Positions 1-14,979 of a DNA stretch of 64,000 nt are shown here, one piece after another; the first letter of the stretch is position 1; each line of letters starts with the position of its first letter. A program made the position numbers and the translations under genes. The notes under the pieces were generated by a model, which saw only the letters and a list, made by a program, of their open reading frames with translations, did no database searches and was not told the DNA's origin. The stretch is from Octopus vulgaris (taxonomy: Eukaryota), in the NCBI GenBank assembly GCA_951406725.2, contig OX597820.1:15128001-15192000 (forward strand), written 5' to 3'.

Positions 1-30
1 TTGATAGAAACTGCTTCGAACACCCATGTA

Positions 31-88
<58 letters not shown>

Positions 89-329
89 TGCGTGTGTCTG
101 CGTGTGTATGTGGGCTTTTGTGTTTGAGTCTGTCATTCAACAGAGTTGGTTTGGTTACATCCTCGTAACTTTGCAGTGTGGCAAGAGAGAATGGTAGAAT
201 AAACACCAAACTATTTTTTTAAAAGAGACTGGACTATTTGTACGACTAAAACCCTTCGTCAAAGAGCTCCAGAATGGTCGCAGTCCCATGACTGAAACAC
301 ATAAGAGATTAAGAGACATACATTAGTAA

Positions 330-925
330 CCAATACCACCACCATCACCACCACCACCACCACCACCACCACCACCACCACCACCACCATCACCGCCTCT
401 ACCATCATCCCCTATACACACATACATACACACACAGGCAGCCTATACACACATACATACACACACAGGCAGCAGCACCACCACCACTACCACCACCATC
501 ACCACTACCACCACCATCACCACTACCATCACTATCACCAACACCACCACCACTAACACTATCACTGCCACCACTGCCCCCACACCCCACCATCACCACT
601 ACACCCACACTACCACCACTACCACTAACACCACCACCACTGTCCCCATACCACCACCACCACCACCACCACTAACACTATCACCACCATCACCAACAAC
701 ACCAACATTACTACCACCATCACTACCATCATCCCCTATACCACAAACAGCACCACCACCGCTACCAACTAGCACTGCCGCCACAACCACAACCACCACC
801 ACTAACACTATCGCCACCACCACTGTCACCATCACTGCCCCCACACCACAACCACAAACACCACCACTAACACCACCACCACTGTCACCATCACCGCCAT
901 CAGTACCACCACCACCAACCCCCAC
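330..925. repeat. Degenerate (CAC)n array
   Basis: Visible directly in the sequence. Confidence 0.9.
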
Positions 926-1008
926 ATCCAATCTACTTATCGGGCAAATCAATACGGCCAACTTCAATTACTATTTGCTTTTTGTTGTTTTTCTTGTTTA
1001 CTTTATAC

Positions 1009-1076
<68 letters not shown>

Positions 1077-1176
1077 CTCTATATGGATGAGTACAAGTCA
1101 TATGTATGTGTATATATATGCAAATATGCATTTGGATGTCTGTATATAAATAAGGTAGCAGGATGAGTATTTGTCA

Positions 1177-1223
<47 letters not shown>

Positions 1224-1279
1224 ACATACACACACACACATACATACATACAAGTGACTACACACACGCACGCAAATAT

Positions 1280-1965
1280 CAGTAATCCCTCGACTATCGC
1301 GGGTGTTATGTCCTCAAACGCCTCCACCCCCCACCCCCGCGATAGTTGAAAATCCGCGAAGTAGAAACAGTACGGATACTCTTTTACTCCTTTACTCTTT
1401 TATTTGTTTCAAGTCATTTGACTGCGGCCATGCTGGAGCACTACCTTTAGTCGAACAAATCGACCCCAGGACTTAATCTTTGTAAGCCTAGTACTTATTC
1501 TATCGGTTCTCTTTTGCGGAACCGCTAAGTTACGGGGACGTAAACACACCAGCATCGGTTGTCAAGAGATGGTGAGGGGACAAAAATATAGACACACAAA
1601 CATACACACACGCACATATATATGTATATTTAAATATACGACGGGCTTCTTTCAGTTTCCATCTACCAAATCCACTCACAAGGCTTTGGTCGGCCCGAGG
1701 CTATAGTAGAAGATACTTGCCCAAGGTACCATGCAGTGGACTGAACCCGGAACCAAGCTACTTACCATACAGCCACTGCTGTATACTTTTCCCTTATAAT
1801 TTGTATATATTTATTTTATTATAAATGCAAAACGAGACTACGGAGGGATCGACGCAAACATAAATAATAAACCGCTGTAAGTGGAAAGCGATAAATGAGC
1901 CGCGATAAATGAGCCGCGATAAATGAGCCGCGATAGATGAACCGCGATATGGCGAGGCATTACTG
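1280..1965. mobile_element. pogo/Tigger-type MITE with 14-bp subterminal tandem repeats, interrupted by a SINE
   Basis: TIRs CAGTAATCCCTCGACTATCGCGG and CCGCGATATGGCGAGGCATTACTG followed by TA; (GATAAATGAGCCGC)n at ~1890-1945. Confidence 0.75.
1378..1782 (-). mobile_element. SINE family A
   Basis: Same body and tail as 24149-24780. Confidence 0.85.
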
Positions 1966-2187
1966 TACACACGTACACAGTCATGCACTTAGATATATAA
2001 TTGCACAAAAATACACATAGGGATACGATATAAAACTTTTCAAACACACACATACATACACTCACACGCGTACGCTCACACACACATATATACACTCACA
2101 CACACCCTCGCTCAAGTAATCTCATACATTACCATAAAGCGTACATATACAAGCACACACACTCATACACTCACACACACACATACA

Positions 2188-2243
<56 letters not shown>

Positions 2244-2294
2244 TATACATATATATATATATATATACATATATACATATATATATGTACAAAT

Positions 2295-2348
<54 letters not shown>

Positions 2349-2350
<2 letters not shown>

Positions 2351-2772
2351 CTCTTTACTCTTTACTCTTTTATTTGTTTCAGTCATTTGACTGCGGCCAT
2401 GCTGGAGCACCGCCTTTAGTCGAGCAAATCGACCCCGGGACTTATTCTTTGGAAGCCCAGTACTTATTCTATCGGTCTCTTTTTTTTTGCCGAACCGCTA
2501 AGTGACGGGGACGTAAACACACCAGCATCGGTTGTCAAGCAATGCTAGGGGGACAAACACAGATACACAAACACACACACACACACACATTTATATATAC
2601 ATATATACGACAGGCTTCTCTCAGTTTCCGTCTACCAAATCCACTCACAAGGCATTGGTCGGCCCGGGACTATAGCAGAAGACACTTGCCCAAGATGCCA
2701 CGCAGTGGGACTGAACCCGGAACCATGTGGTTGGTTAGCAAGCTACTTACCACACAGCCACTCCTGCGCCTA
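2349..2772 (-). mobile_element. SINE family A
   Basis: Full-length copy with head, internal microsatellite and tail. Confidence 0.88.
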
Positions 2773-3448
2773 CATATATATATATATGTATATACACACA
2801 CACACACACACACACACGTATACATATGTTTATACACACACATATATAAGCGCATATACGCATGCGCGTGCACTTAAACAATTTATTCCTAAAAGATAGA
2901 GTTTCACATAGACACGCGCACAAGGCCACGTGGAGGATCCAATACGCGAATATCGTGACTAAACAAGCAACACGCTATCACGTACGTACGTGCATACACA
3001 CATACACATACACACTGCACACATGCACACACATGAGCCTGATCGGTAGTAAGATGTATATCACCCACCTCTCACCACCACTCTCTCTGTCTCTCTCCCT
3101 CTCTCTCTCTCTCTCTCTCCTATCTCTTTTTCTAACTCTTCTTGTTATATAGATAGATACATACATACATACACACACATACATACATATATACATATAT
3201 ATACTCACACAGACAGGAAGATAGACAGATAGATAGATACATACATACATACATACACACACACACATATACATAGACACACATACATACACACAAATAC
3301 ATACATACATACACACATACATACATACATACATACATACATACAGAGACAAGAAAATAGATATACACACATGCATACATACATACATACATACACACAT
3401 AGATAGATAGTTACATATATACATACACACATACATACATACACACAC

Positions 3449-3501
<53 letters not shown>

Positions 3502-4095
3502 GAGATAGATAGATAGATAGACAGATAGATAGATAAACATGCACACACACACACACACACACACGTTTAGGAACGTGACGCTATATGGCACGAATCCATT
3601 GAGACACTTAGGCACATCTTTAAACCTCTTGAAAGTCTCGTGCAACTCTTATCAAATTTCTATTAAAACGCACTGGTTTTGTTTCAATTAATTTCGAAAA
3701 TAATGAAAAATTAAGTAAAATATTTTGGTCATACAGGAAATTTTAATGATGCATTTTAATTTAGATCACTTTAAATCAAGAAGTTGGCATAACAGAACCA
3801 AGGGCAAGATACATCCGGATTAGTACCAAAAAAAAAAAAAAAATTAACTGTGATATATAATCTTCCACGTCCCTCTCTTCTCTCTCCCCCTTCAGCCGAA
3901 ATCATCGGGATGCCAGATGCTTAAAGAAATACATTCAACATCAAATATGGCAACGAGCTGGCAGAAACGTTAGCACGCCGGGTGAAATGCTGAGCGGTAT
4001 TTCGTCTGCCGCTACATTCTGAGTTCAAATTCTGCTGAGGTCGACTTTGCTACTTCATCCTTTCGGGGTCAAATATGTAGGCACATATTTGTATA

Positions 4096-4383
4096 GGATC
4101 TAGGACTTTTCGTCTAAGACACTTCGGTCTGATGCGCTATGGTCTAAAGAACTTTGGTCTAAAGTGACTTTTGTATAAATACACTATAGTCTAAAGACAT
4201 TTTTGTCTAAACTCACTTTGGTTTAATAACTATTTTGCCTATAGGCGCAGGAGTGGCTGTGTGGTAAGGTTCCGGGTTCAGTCCCACTGCGTGGCACCTT
4301 AGGCAAGTGTCTTCTATTATAGCCTCGAGCCGACCAAAGCCTTGTGAGTGGATTTGGTCGACGGAAACTGAAAGAAGCCCGTC

Positions 4384-4439
<56 letters not shown>

Positions 4440-4816
4440 ATATATGCATGTGTGTGTATATGTTTGTGTGTGTGTCTCCCAACATCGCTTGACAACCGAT
4501 GCTGTTCGACAAAAAAGACCGATAGAATGAATAAGTCCTTGGCTTACAGAGAATAAATCCTGGGATTGATTTGCTCGACTAAAGGTGGTGCTCCAGCATG
4601 GCCGCAGTCAAATTGACCGAAACAAGTAAAAGAGTAAAAGAGTATAGAATATAAAAAAGTGCAAAAGACCTAATTAACTATACTCTGAAAATTCTTTTTC
4701 TCTTCAGATGAAATTACTTAGACGAAAGTGTCTTTAGACCAAAATTCTTTTAGACCAAAGTGTCTTAGACTAAAGTGATTTACACCAAGGTGTTTTAGAC
4801 CAAAGTGCCGTATCCC
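4096..4816. mobile_element. Fold-back element with ~15-16-bp tandem subrepeats (GGTCTAAAGACACTTT-like) in inverted arrays, interrupted by a SINE
   Basis: Arrays at 4105-4225 and, in reverse complement, at 4718-4815. Confidence 0.65.
4241..4643 (+). mobile_element. SINE family A
   Basis: Copy with small internal deletions. Confidence 0.85.
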
Positions 4817-5198
4817 GTTGTATATACTCCAGATAAGGCTGAACAGGTTATTTCTTGGTCCCAAGTTTTCCCTTTAAAGAGAGTCAGCTGTTGTTTTCTT
4901 TCTTCCTTAATCTGAGGGGAGAGAGTATGCAAAGGGCTGAGTAAAAAATTCCTTTGAATTAGTAGCCTGAGTCCCGTGTAGATCCTCGAACTCCTTCTTC
5001 AGGGGAATTATCTCCCATTTCCATACCTTGTTGTTGTTTTTTGGTTTTTGTTTTAGATTATAACCACACATAGAGGAAGGTTTTGTCTACTAATTGCATA
5101 GGTAATATCATTTAATAACAATTTTTCAACTCATGTGGGATATCTGGAACTGTGTAAGATCCCGAACTAAGAGACAATAGCAATAACAACACCACCAA

Positions 5199-5253
<55 letters not shown>

Positions 5254-5770
5254 ACTATTACTACTACAACAACTACCTTCTACTACTATTGCCACCACCA
5301 ACACTACCACCACCACCACTACCACTACTACTACTGCCACCACCACTACTTCTACTACTGCTACTATTGCCATCACGAATACCAAATACTCTGGATTACG
5401 ACTTGCTGACTGGAAAATGTAAACAGCAGTGCGCATGTGCGCTGACACATGTGGAGGACTTTAAGTAATATAAGCCGGCATACATGTGTAATTACAAAAA
5501 AACATACACACACACACACACACACTCACACTTACACACATACACACTTACATACACTCGCACATATACAAACACACACACATAAACACATACACACACT
5601 CACACTTACACACACATACACTAGCACGTATACAAACACACACACACACCCACACGTACACACACGGGTACACACATGTATACACACATACACACACGTA
5701 CACACACATACACACCTACATATCAAATTACAGTTTAATACCAGTTTAGATTGATACAATCTGTACGCAG

Positions 5771-5801
<31 letters not shown>

Positions 5802-5924
5802 AACAGACAAAAACATTCGCACACCTGCAGACACGCTTATACTCACATACGCACACTGACCAACATACACAAGCACGCATATACTACACTGGATAAAATA
5901 CACACACACTCGTAGACCAACATA

Positions 5925-6052
<128 letters not shown>

Positions 6053-6613
6053 TCGCATGCAAAACGACAAACACGCACCAACTCAGATTTAATCAATGGA
6101 TTTTTAGATTTAACCAAAGATTCAGAAAGTCTATAATCCCAGCAGAAACGTTATCTGAACTGTGCCTTATTTCAGCCTAAACACTGGGGTTCTTTCTGTC
6201 TTTTCGACGTTAATAGTAAAGATTGCAATCAGGGAATCTCATCCTTTTTTGCCTAAACGCTTGTTTCTTTCTATAAGACGATTTACAATAACGATAATAG
6301 ATTGTTAATTCGACGCGAGCATAATGATGTCATTTGTTTACAAGAAAAAATAATATTTTTGATGGCAGGGATTTTCATGTTAGTCATGGCGCTCAGTTTT
6401 TTTTCTCTGGAAGGCATTAGCGTATAGTTGAGATCCATATCGAATGTATTTCACTTTCAGTTAGCTCTTTGTTCAGCCTAGTGGTTAGGATGTTGCACTC
6501 GCGATCGCAGAATCTTAATTTCGATTCCCGGACCGGACGGTGCGTCGTTTTCTTGATTAAAACTCTTCATTTCATGTTGCCTCAGTCCATTCAGCTGTAA
6601 ACGAGAGAAATAT

Positions 6614-7222
6614 AATATTTTTTACTACCCACAAAGGGGCTAAACACAGAGGGGACAAACAAGGACAGACAAACGGATTAAGTCGATTATATCAATCCCA
6701 GTGCGTAACTGGTACTTAATTTATCGACCCCGAAAGGATGAAAGGCAAAGTCGACCTCGGCGGAATTTGAACTCAGAACGTAGCGGCAGACGAAATACGA
6801 CTACGCATTTTGCCCGGCGTGCTAACGTTTCTGCCAGCTCGCCACCTTCTAGGCGCACTATATTCAAATAAAGATATTTTCGTCGCAGCGGCTCCCGCTT
6901 ACAATGAGGCGCTCGCGGCCAGCGGGTTTAGGGACCATATAGTATATACATGAGGGTCGAGCAACCATAGAAGGAAACGCCACCGCAAGACCTTATGGTT
7001 CGCTACCCACTTCTCCCTAAACGTCCAGACATGCGTAAGACTTTTCTTAGGTTGGTTGATAAGCATTTCACGCCATCACATAACTGGTACTTAATTTATC
7101 GACCCCGAAAGGATGAAAGGCAAAGTCGACCTCGGCGGAATTTGAACTCAGAACATAACGGCAGACGAAATACGGCGACGCATTTCGCCCGGCGTGCTAA
7201 CGTTTCTGCCAGCTCGCTGCCT
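6614..7222 (-). mobile_element. SINE B / Penelope fragment / SINE B composite with 16-bp TSD
   Basis: TAAACGAGAGAAATAT at 6598-6613 and 7223-7238. Confidence 0.8.
6850..7083 (+). mobile_element. Penelope-like (Neptune-type) RT thumb/linker fragment
   Basis: LYSNKDIFVAAAPAYNEALAASGF...RRKRHRKTLWFATHFSLNVQT/KTFLRLVDKHF matches the PLE pattern SS.E.IF..A.P.Y..AL..SG ... R.R..IWFNPP.S.NV.T..G..FL.L.DKHF. Confidence 0.75.
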
Positions 7223-7813
7223 TAAACGAGAGAAATATCGTGATTCCTGTCATTTATACAAAACTGGATAACTGGATTACCAAAACTGGATACCTCGCCC
7301 TACATGTCTCAGGACTCGACACAGTAATATTTAGGTGTTGATGATGATGTAAGCTGAATAGACATTTCTGTATCTTTGCTGTACCTTGCGAGGTATAGTG
7401 AAATGCATGGCTTTTGCGTTAGAGGGTATCTCATTAAGTGTTTCAGAGAACAAACCACGACTTTACACCACAGTCAGACACGATGTTTCTCGAGAAGCTG
7501 TAACGTTGTTTACTGAATATCAATTTGGTTCTGATAAATCCAGTTTTCAGTCGATGGAGGTACTTCGGTCAATATAAAGACCTTCAGAATCGGATCCTCC
7601 ATAACCAAAAACGTGGGATTCCGTAAAAAAAAATTCAATATATATCCATCTTACCGGAAGTTATGACGGAAAAATCGGATCTTGTGAATTTTCCGAAAGT
7701 CCCTTCCCCACCCCCAGGGTCGTCAGCGCGCATTTTTTTCCATATTCGTTTTCTACATACTTGTTAACACCCACCAAGCTGGGGGGGGTTGTTCCCGAGT
7801 GAAGAATTTTATA

Positions 7814-7948
7814 CTTTGACAAGTTGTGGTGCTTTGACAAGTTGTGGTGCTTTGACAAGTTGTGGTGCTTTGACAAGTTGTGGTGCTTTGACAAGTTGTG
7901 GTGCACCTGAGCACTGTATACAATAATTTCATTATTATTATTATTATT
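7814..7948 (+). repeat. CR1 3'-tail stub with four tandem 18-mers (CTTTGACAAGTTGTGGTG)
   Basis: The 18-mer x4 is followed by CACCTGAGCACTGTA and (ATT)n, the same tail as at 46150-46190. Confidence 0.7.
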
Positions 7949-8356
7949 TTATATTGACCGGTATTTCCGCTTTGTCGAGCTTACATCAACTCGGTAGCGA
8001 ACCAAGAAAGGAACAATTACGTCGCCGTCCTGTCTCAAATGTTTTCACCATCGCACACACTAACAGAAAAAGCAGGTACTGTCTTGAGTCTTAGGACACA
8101 TAAGGACACATAAGTGAGCAATGTCATAATATTCCCTTTGAACCGGATGCTATTCCGTCACATACATTTGCAGCTGAGTGAACCGGAGCAACGTGAAATA
8201 AACTGTTTTACCAAAGAACATAACACAATACACCGGTCATATATTGAAGCCATGATCTTGCAACCGTGAGTGCAGCACACTAACCACTGGGTCACGGACA
8301 TTCGCCGCATACAAGACATTATAAACTAATTTTTTTTTCTACTACAGGTAATTCTT

Positions 8357-8585
8357 TCTACTCTTTTACTTGTTTCAGTCATGTGACTGTGGCCATGCTG
8401 GAGCACCACCTTTAGTCGAGCAAATCGACCCCAGGACTTATTCTTTGTAAGCCTAGTACTTATTCTCTCGGACTCTCTTGCCGAACCGCTAAGTGACGGG
8501 AACGTAAACACACCAGCATCGGTTGTCAAGCGATTTTTTGGGGGGTGGGGGGGACAGACACACAAACATATACACACACATATAT

Positions 8586-8617
<32 letters not shown>

Positions 8618-8782
8618 CGACAGGCTTCTTTCAGTTTCCGTCTACCAAATCCACTCACAAGGTTTTGATCGGCCCGAGGCTATAGTAGAAGACACTTGCC
8701 CAAGGTGCCACGCAATGGGACTGAACCCGGAACCATATGGCTGGTAAGCAAGCTACTTACCACACAGCCACTCCTACGCCTA
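8357..8782 (-). mobile_element. SINE family A
   Basis: Full-length copy. Confidence 0.88.
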
Positions 8783-10307
8783 TTTGCTATATATAAACTA
8801 CTACACATAAACTAATTCTTTCAACTGTATTTTGGGAGAGGGGACTAATCGATTACATCGACTCCAGTGGTCAATTGGTACTTGATGAAAGACAAAGTCG
8901 ACTTGGGTGGAATTTGAACTCAGAACGTAAAGACAGACGAAATGCCGCTAAATATTTTGTCCGGTGTACTAACGAGTCAGCCAGCTCGTCGCCTAAAGAC
9001 ATTTCGCAATCATAATAACAATATATCCAAAAGATGAACGTAGCAGTCCACAATATCGGAGACGATGGTTCTCTTCTTGAACCGGCATTAACAATTTATA
9101 TCTGTAAAAGATTTTCGTCTTCAACGAAGCAAAATGACTTTAAAAAAAACAAAAAAAAACACTGAAACGACACAGCACTATCATCTAACTAGAAGTCTAC
9201 TAGAAGTCCTGGCACTTGCCCAGGGGCCTCATGGACCTTGGGGTCCAATTCTGATTTGTGTATGCTGTGGCTTCTGATTGAATACACCTATGATCAAAGT
9301 TGCTCCAACCACGACCACTTAATAGATACTACAGGGCCGAGTGCTTTGATTTTCCCGGAGGTGGCCCAAAGGCTACGTGTCTGGTCTACAGCATTCGTCA
9401 ACCTAAGTACAAGTTCACATATTTTGGGAAGGAATATAACGACCCTCAAGTATTTATAAAGAAATTCACGTTATCGGTCCCGCAAGGATCTGAATTAGGA
9501 AAATAAAGCTCCTGAACTAAATTGCGTAACGCATTTTATCTATCGATCTATCGATTCTGTCATTTTATCCTATCAATAATCATTGTTATTTAATCATTTG
9601 TCACTTCTGATTGAATACACTTACGATCAAAGTTGCTCCAACCACGACCACTTAATCGTTTTACTGACAAACTTTATGTAAAACTACTTCAATATCTCCC
9701 AATCCTTTTTAAAAAGATTACAGGGTATGATTTAAAAGAGATTCGGCTGCTGTTTCTAGTGCGACAAGCGATTAAGCAGAGGCTTCCTCGTTGGCAGATA
9801 TTGTATCAAAAGTGTGTTTTACAAACATCAATGCCTTTTCAAAATATAGTAATAAAAACTCCAGCCACGACAGAAAAAAAAGCAGGACGAAGAGAAGAAT
9901 TATTACGAACGAATTGCTGAAAAAGAAATTAATATTCCCCGGATTGCAGGAAGTGAAATAGAAATCCGATAATGGCATTGATTGGGATTATAAATAGGGC
10001 TATGATACGACTCCATTCCTTATTTCCGGATAATACAATTCGCCCAGAAGGTAGAATAACGTGCAATGAATAGAAGCAAGATTATTGCAAAGCGTATGTT
10101 TGAGTAAATGGGAAACAAAATTAAGCTAATTTGGTGAAGGCTTAGAAATATTAAGACAACATTAAGACATGTAATATTAAGACAACATTAAGACAAGTAC
10201 AGAAACGTTTCAGAGTTAAAGATTGCCTCCCTTTGTATTCTTTTATCTGTAATAAGAAATTTTTAAAATCGACATTACGAAAGGTAATGAATGGGTATAT
10301 TAATAAA

Positions 10308-10636
10308 GGCGGCGAGCTGGCAAAGACGTTAGCACGCTGGGCGAAACGCTTAGTGATGTTTCGTCTGCCGATACGTTCTGAGTTTAAATTCCGCCGAGGA
10401 CGACTTTGCTTTCATCCTTTCGAGGTCGATTAAATAAGTACCAGATACGCACTGGGGTCGATATAATCGACTTAATCCGTTTGTCTGTCCTTGTTTGTCC
10501 CCTCTGTGTTTAGCCCCTTGTGGGTAGTAAAGAAATAGGTATTTCGTCTGTCTTGACATTCTGAGTTCAAATTCCGCCGAGGTCGACTTTGCCTTTCATC
10601 CTTTCGGGGTCGATAAATTAAGTAACAGTTACGCAC
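10308..10636 (+). mobile_element. SINE family B dimer
   Basis: Unit junction AAAGAAATAG-GTATTTCGTC. Confidence 0.85.
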
Positions 10637-10944
10637 TGTTTTTGGTACCCACATCATTCTCTTAAAACGTCTTTTTACGTTCTTCTAATAACTTTCAACC
10701 AAATTTGTATGAACATTTTTGTTATATATGAACATTTGAATGAACATTTGCATACGCACACACGCGCTAGGTAGTCGTTGTAGGATCGACTAGTCACGAC
10801 TATCTAGCGCGGATGCGCGAGTTCGCGCACCGGGACCACTCTTCTTAAATAGTACCAAACTCAAAATCACTGAACGCTAAAATACGATCAGTTTTACGTG
10901 AAACTTTGAATGAGTTGAAGGAGTTTATCGGCTTTGATAAAACA

Positions 10945-10980
<36 letters not shown>

Positions 10981-11761
10981 GTATGCATGCATGTGTGTGT
11001 GTGTGTGTATGTGTGTGTGTGTATTGCTTTTCTTTGTTATCAATTTATGTTTATCTTCCTATTATGCTTCCTGTTTTTGTTATTTCTTTTCCGTTTTATT
11101 TCCTCCATTATTGATTTCCATATTTTAACTTCTTTCAGTTCATTAAATCTTTTAAATCTTGTCTTTTTCCCCTTTTCTCACTTCTACAACATTGTCTCTG
11201 TCTTTCTGCTTCTCATTTTCTTCCCTATATTTTCAATTCTTTCTTTATTTCTCCCCTACTTATCTTCTGCTTTTTTCACCCCGTCCCGAATAATCTCCGC
11301 CCCGCCATTTTCTCTTCTCTCTCTTTCTCCTCCCGTCTAGAGATCCATTATTGCAGAAATCTCGCAACTGAATCACTGACAACATGTTTGTTCGTTAATA
11401 AATTGATTGAGACTCGTGCAGTGGCGGGAAACCGAACAGCGAAAAGGTCAGAGAGACAAACCTCATCAACATAACAAGGTTACTGCCACGATGGCTTCGT
11501 AACCTTGAATATGGAGATAAGAGTTATGGAGGAGATATGGAGGAGGTTGTTTTTTTCGTTCTTTTTGATAGCAGTATGATAGGTGCTGACAACGATGACA
11601 GGCGGAAACGGTGGAAGCGATGGCAGTGAACAACGGCTGCAATATTGCCAGTAGCGATAGCGGTGGCAGCAGCGGCGGTGATGGTGTTCGCGTTGGTTGT
11701 GGTGGTGAAGCCTCTTTACAGAAGTAGCTCTCTCAGTTCATGTTGCAAAAACATTGAAAGG

Positions 11762-12467
<706 letters not shown>

Positions 12468-12472
<5 letters not shown>

Positions 12473-12791
12473 CGCAGCAATGGCTGTGTGGTAAGTAGCT
12501 TGCTTACCAACCACAGGGTTCTGGGTTCAGTCCCACTGCGTGGCACCTTGGCCAAGTGTCTTCTACTATAGCCTCGGGCCGACCAAAGCCTTGTGAGTGG
12601 ATTTGGTAGACGGAAACTGAAAGAAGCCCGTCGTATATATGTATATGCATATATATGTATGTGTGTGTATATGTTTGTGTGTCTGTGTTTGTCCCCCCCA
12701 ACATCGCTTGACAACCGATGTCGGTGTGTTTACGTCCCCGTAACTTAGCGGTTCGGTAAAAGAAGCCCGATAAAATAAGTACTAGGCTTAA
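12468..12791 (+). mobile_element. SINE family A (3'-truncated)
   Basis: Head and body present, tail absent. Confidence 0.82.
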
Positions 12792-13189
12792 CATCCAGAT
12801 AGTCGATACAAATAAAAACAAGGACGGGTCATTTGGAGTTTTCTTTCTTCAGTCGAGTTCCAGATTATCTTTGCAATTTCGGCTGGTTATACTCGAGATT
12901 GCTCCAATCTGACCAGCCCCAAGGAAAAACTAAGCTAAGAGCATTAGATTCCTTGGAAGAAAGCAGCGAATGTATACGAAAACAAGGAAGGAAAAGAAAA
13001 CGGAGAATGTTACACAAATACAAATAATAGGATATAACAACAGGTGTCTTTCGACTAAGGACGAATTAAATTAAGCTGGCATGTATGGAAATAAAGCCTT
13101 ACGGCAGGGATACAAGATTACACAGGTACAGGGAGGAATATGGATGTTGCATGGACGACGGCCGAATCAAGAAAGAAAGATCACACATA

Positions 13190-13356
13190 TCTTTATATAT
13201 AAAAGTAACGATGAGTCAACGAGTTTTAAAAAAATTTACCATAATTTTTTTTCCATTTTTAATGCATTTTTTTGCTATTTTTTGGCTATAACTCTCTAAA
13301 AATGCTTATATAGTTATTTCCCTTACAAACCCGAGCAATGCCGGGCGATTCTGCTA

Positions 13357-13357
<1 letters not shown>
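13190..13357 (+). mobile_element. Internally deleted copy of the same Helitron-like element
   Basis: A|TC start, same 3' end (CCCGAGCAATGCCGGG...CTAG|T). Confidence 0.65.
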
Positions 13358-13446
<89 letters not shown>

Positions 13447-13857
13447 TAGAAACTACATAGTTTATCAAGGACTTCTTTCCCTTTTCAAAGACGGTAGGGA
13501 TTTCAGGTTTGCCATTTCTAATAGGTCGAGCGACTGCACAGAAGATTCTTCGTCGTTGCTGTTACTGTTGCTACTGTTGTTGTTGTTGTTGTTGTTGTGG
13601 TGGTGGTGGTGGTGGTGGTGGTCGTCGTGGTCGTGGTGGTGGTGGTGGTAGTAGTGATGCGGTGATGATGCTAGAGGTGTCTGACTCATTAAAACCGAGA
13701 CAACAAGAGCGAGGCGAATAAACGACCGAGCGAGAGCGAAGAGAATGATAGATAATGGCTGGGAACTTCATGTCTAATTAAGAAATTGATTTATCAAGAT
13801 TTATATCACCATTGTTTGTTTGGTGGCGGCGGCGGTGGTGGTGGTGGTGGTGGTGGT

Positions 13858-13888
<31 letters not shown>

Positions 13889-14233
13889 GTGGTAGTGGAG
13901 GTGGTAGCAGCGGCGCCGGCTTCGGCAGTGATGATGGAGGTGGTAGTGGAGGTGTTGTAGAATTGGACCTACCGACATCAGTAATCTAAAATAAATACTA
14001 TTAGTCTAAGCTATTAACAGATAAGAGCCATCGTTAACGCTACCGTCGCCCGCATCGCCGTTGTCGCAACGTCGTTCTTGTTTACCCATCGGTCAATTCT
14101 AACTGACCAGGAGACCTGTGAGCGAAAGCATTCCGACAGTGACCACTTCCGTCGTTTTTTTGCGAGTTTTTGAAATACACCCGTGCATATATAGATGTGT
14201 GTGTGCGCGTATGTGTGTCTGTATGTCTATATA

Positions 14234-14264
<31 letters not shown>

Positions 14265-14276
14265 TCTCTATTTAGA

Positions 14277-14652
14277 TACTCTCTTTTACTTGTTTCAGTC
14301 ATTTGACTGCGGCCATGCTGGAGCACCGCCCTCCAGTCGAGCAAATCGACCCCAGGACTTATTCTTTGTAAGCCTAGTACTTATTCTATCGGTTATCTTT
14401 TGCCGAACCGCTAAGTTACGGGGACGCAAACACACCAACATCGATTGTCAAGCGATGGTGAGGGGAAAACACAGACACACGCACATATATACATATACAT
14501 ATATACGATGGGCTTCTTTCAGTTTCCGTCTACCAAATCCACTCACAAGGCTTTGGTCGGCCCGAGACTATAGTAGAAGACACTTGTCCAAGGTGTCACG
14601 CAGCGAGACTGAACCTGGAACCATGTGTTTGGAAAGTAGCCACGCCTGCGCG

Positions 14653-14654
<2 letters not shown>
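14277..14654 (-). mobile_element. SINE family A
   Basis: Near full-length copy. Confidence 0.85.
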
Positions 14655-14690
<36 letters not shown>

Positions 14691-14760
14691 AATATACAGA
14701 GAAACAAACACACATGCACACATTCACTCACAAAGAAACCACATGAATACACACACACAA

Positions 14761-14840
<80 letters not shown>

Positions 14841-14979
14841 CACTAATGCTGTCATGATATTTCTGGACTGCATGTACTGTGATTGGTCAGTTCAGCAGAT
14901 ATGCGTGCGCAGCCGACTTCCATTTGTAGCCAGACAACTTGCTGAATCAATTCACAAATAGGTTTCTCTCTATCTACTT

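Noticed and set aside
1890-1945. Short tandem 14-mers (and the 18-mers at 7814-7885) as CRISPR-like arrays
   Set aside because: No spacers, eukaryotic context, and both are explained by mobile-element substructure.
2542-2899. Recurrent peptides [20 protein letters not shown] and LRSEFKFRRGRLCLSSFRGR
   Set aside because: These are incidental frames of SINE A and SINE B copies, not genes.
11310-11450. Polypyrimidine tract plus AG followed by a short open frame (possible exon)
   Set aside because: No recognisable protein, a weak donor and no partner exons.
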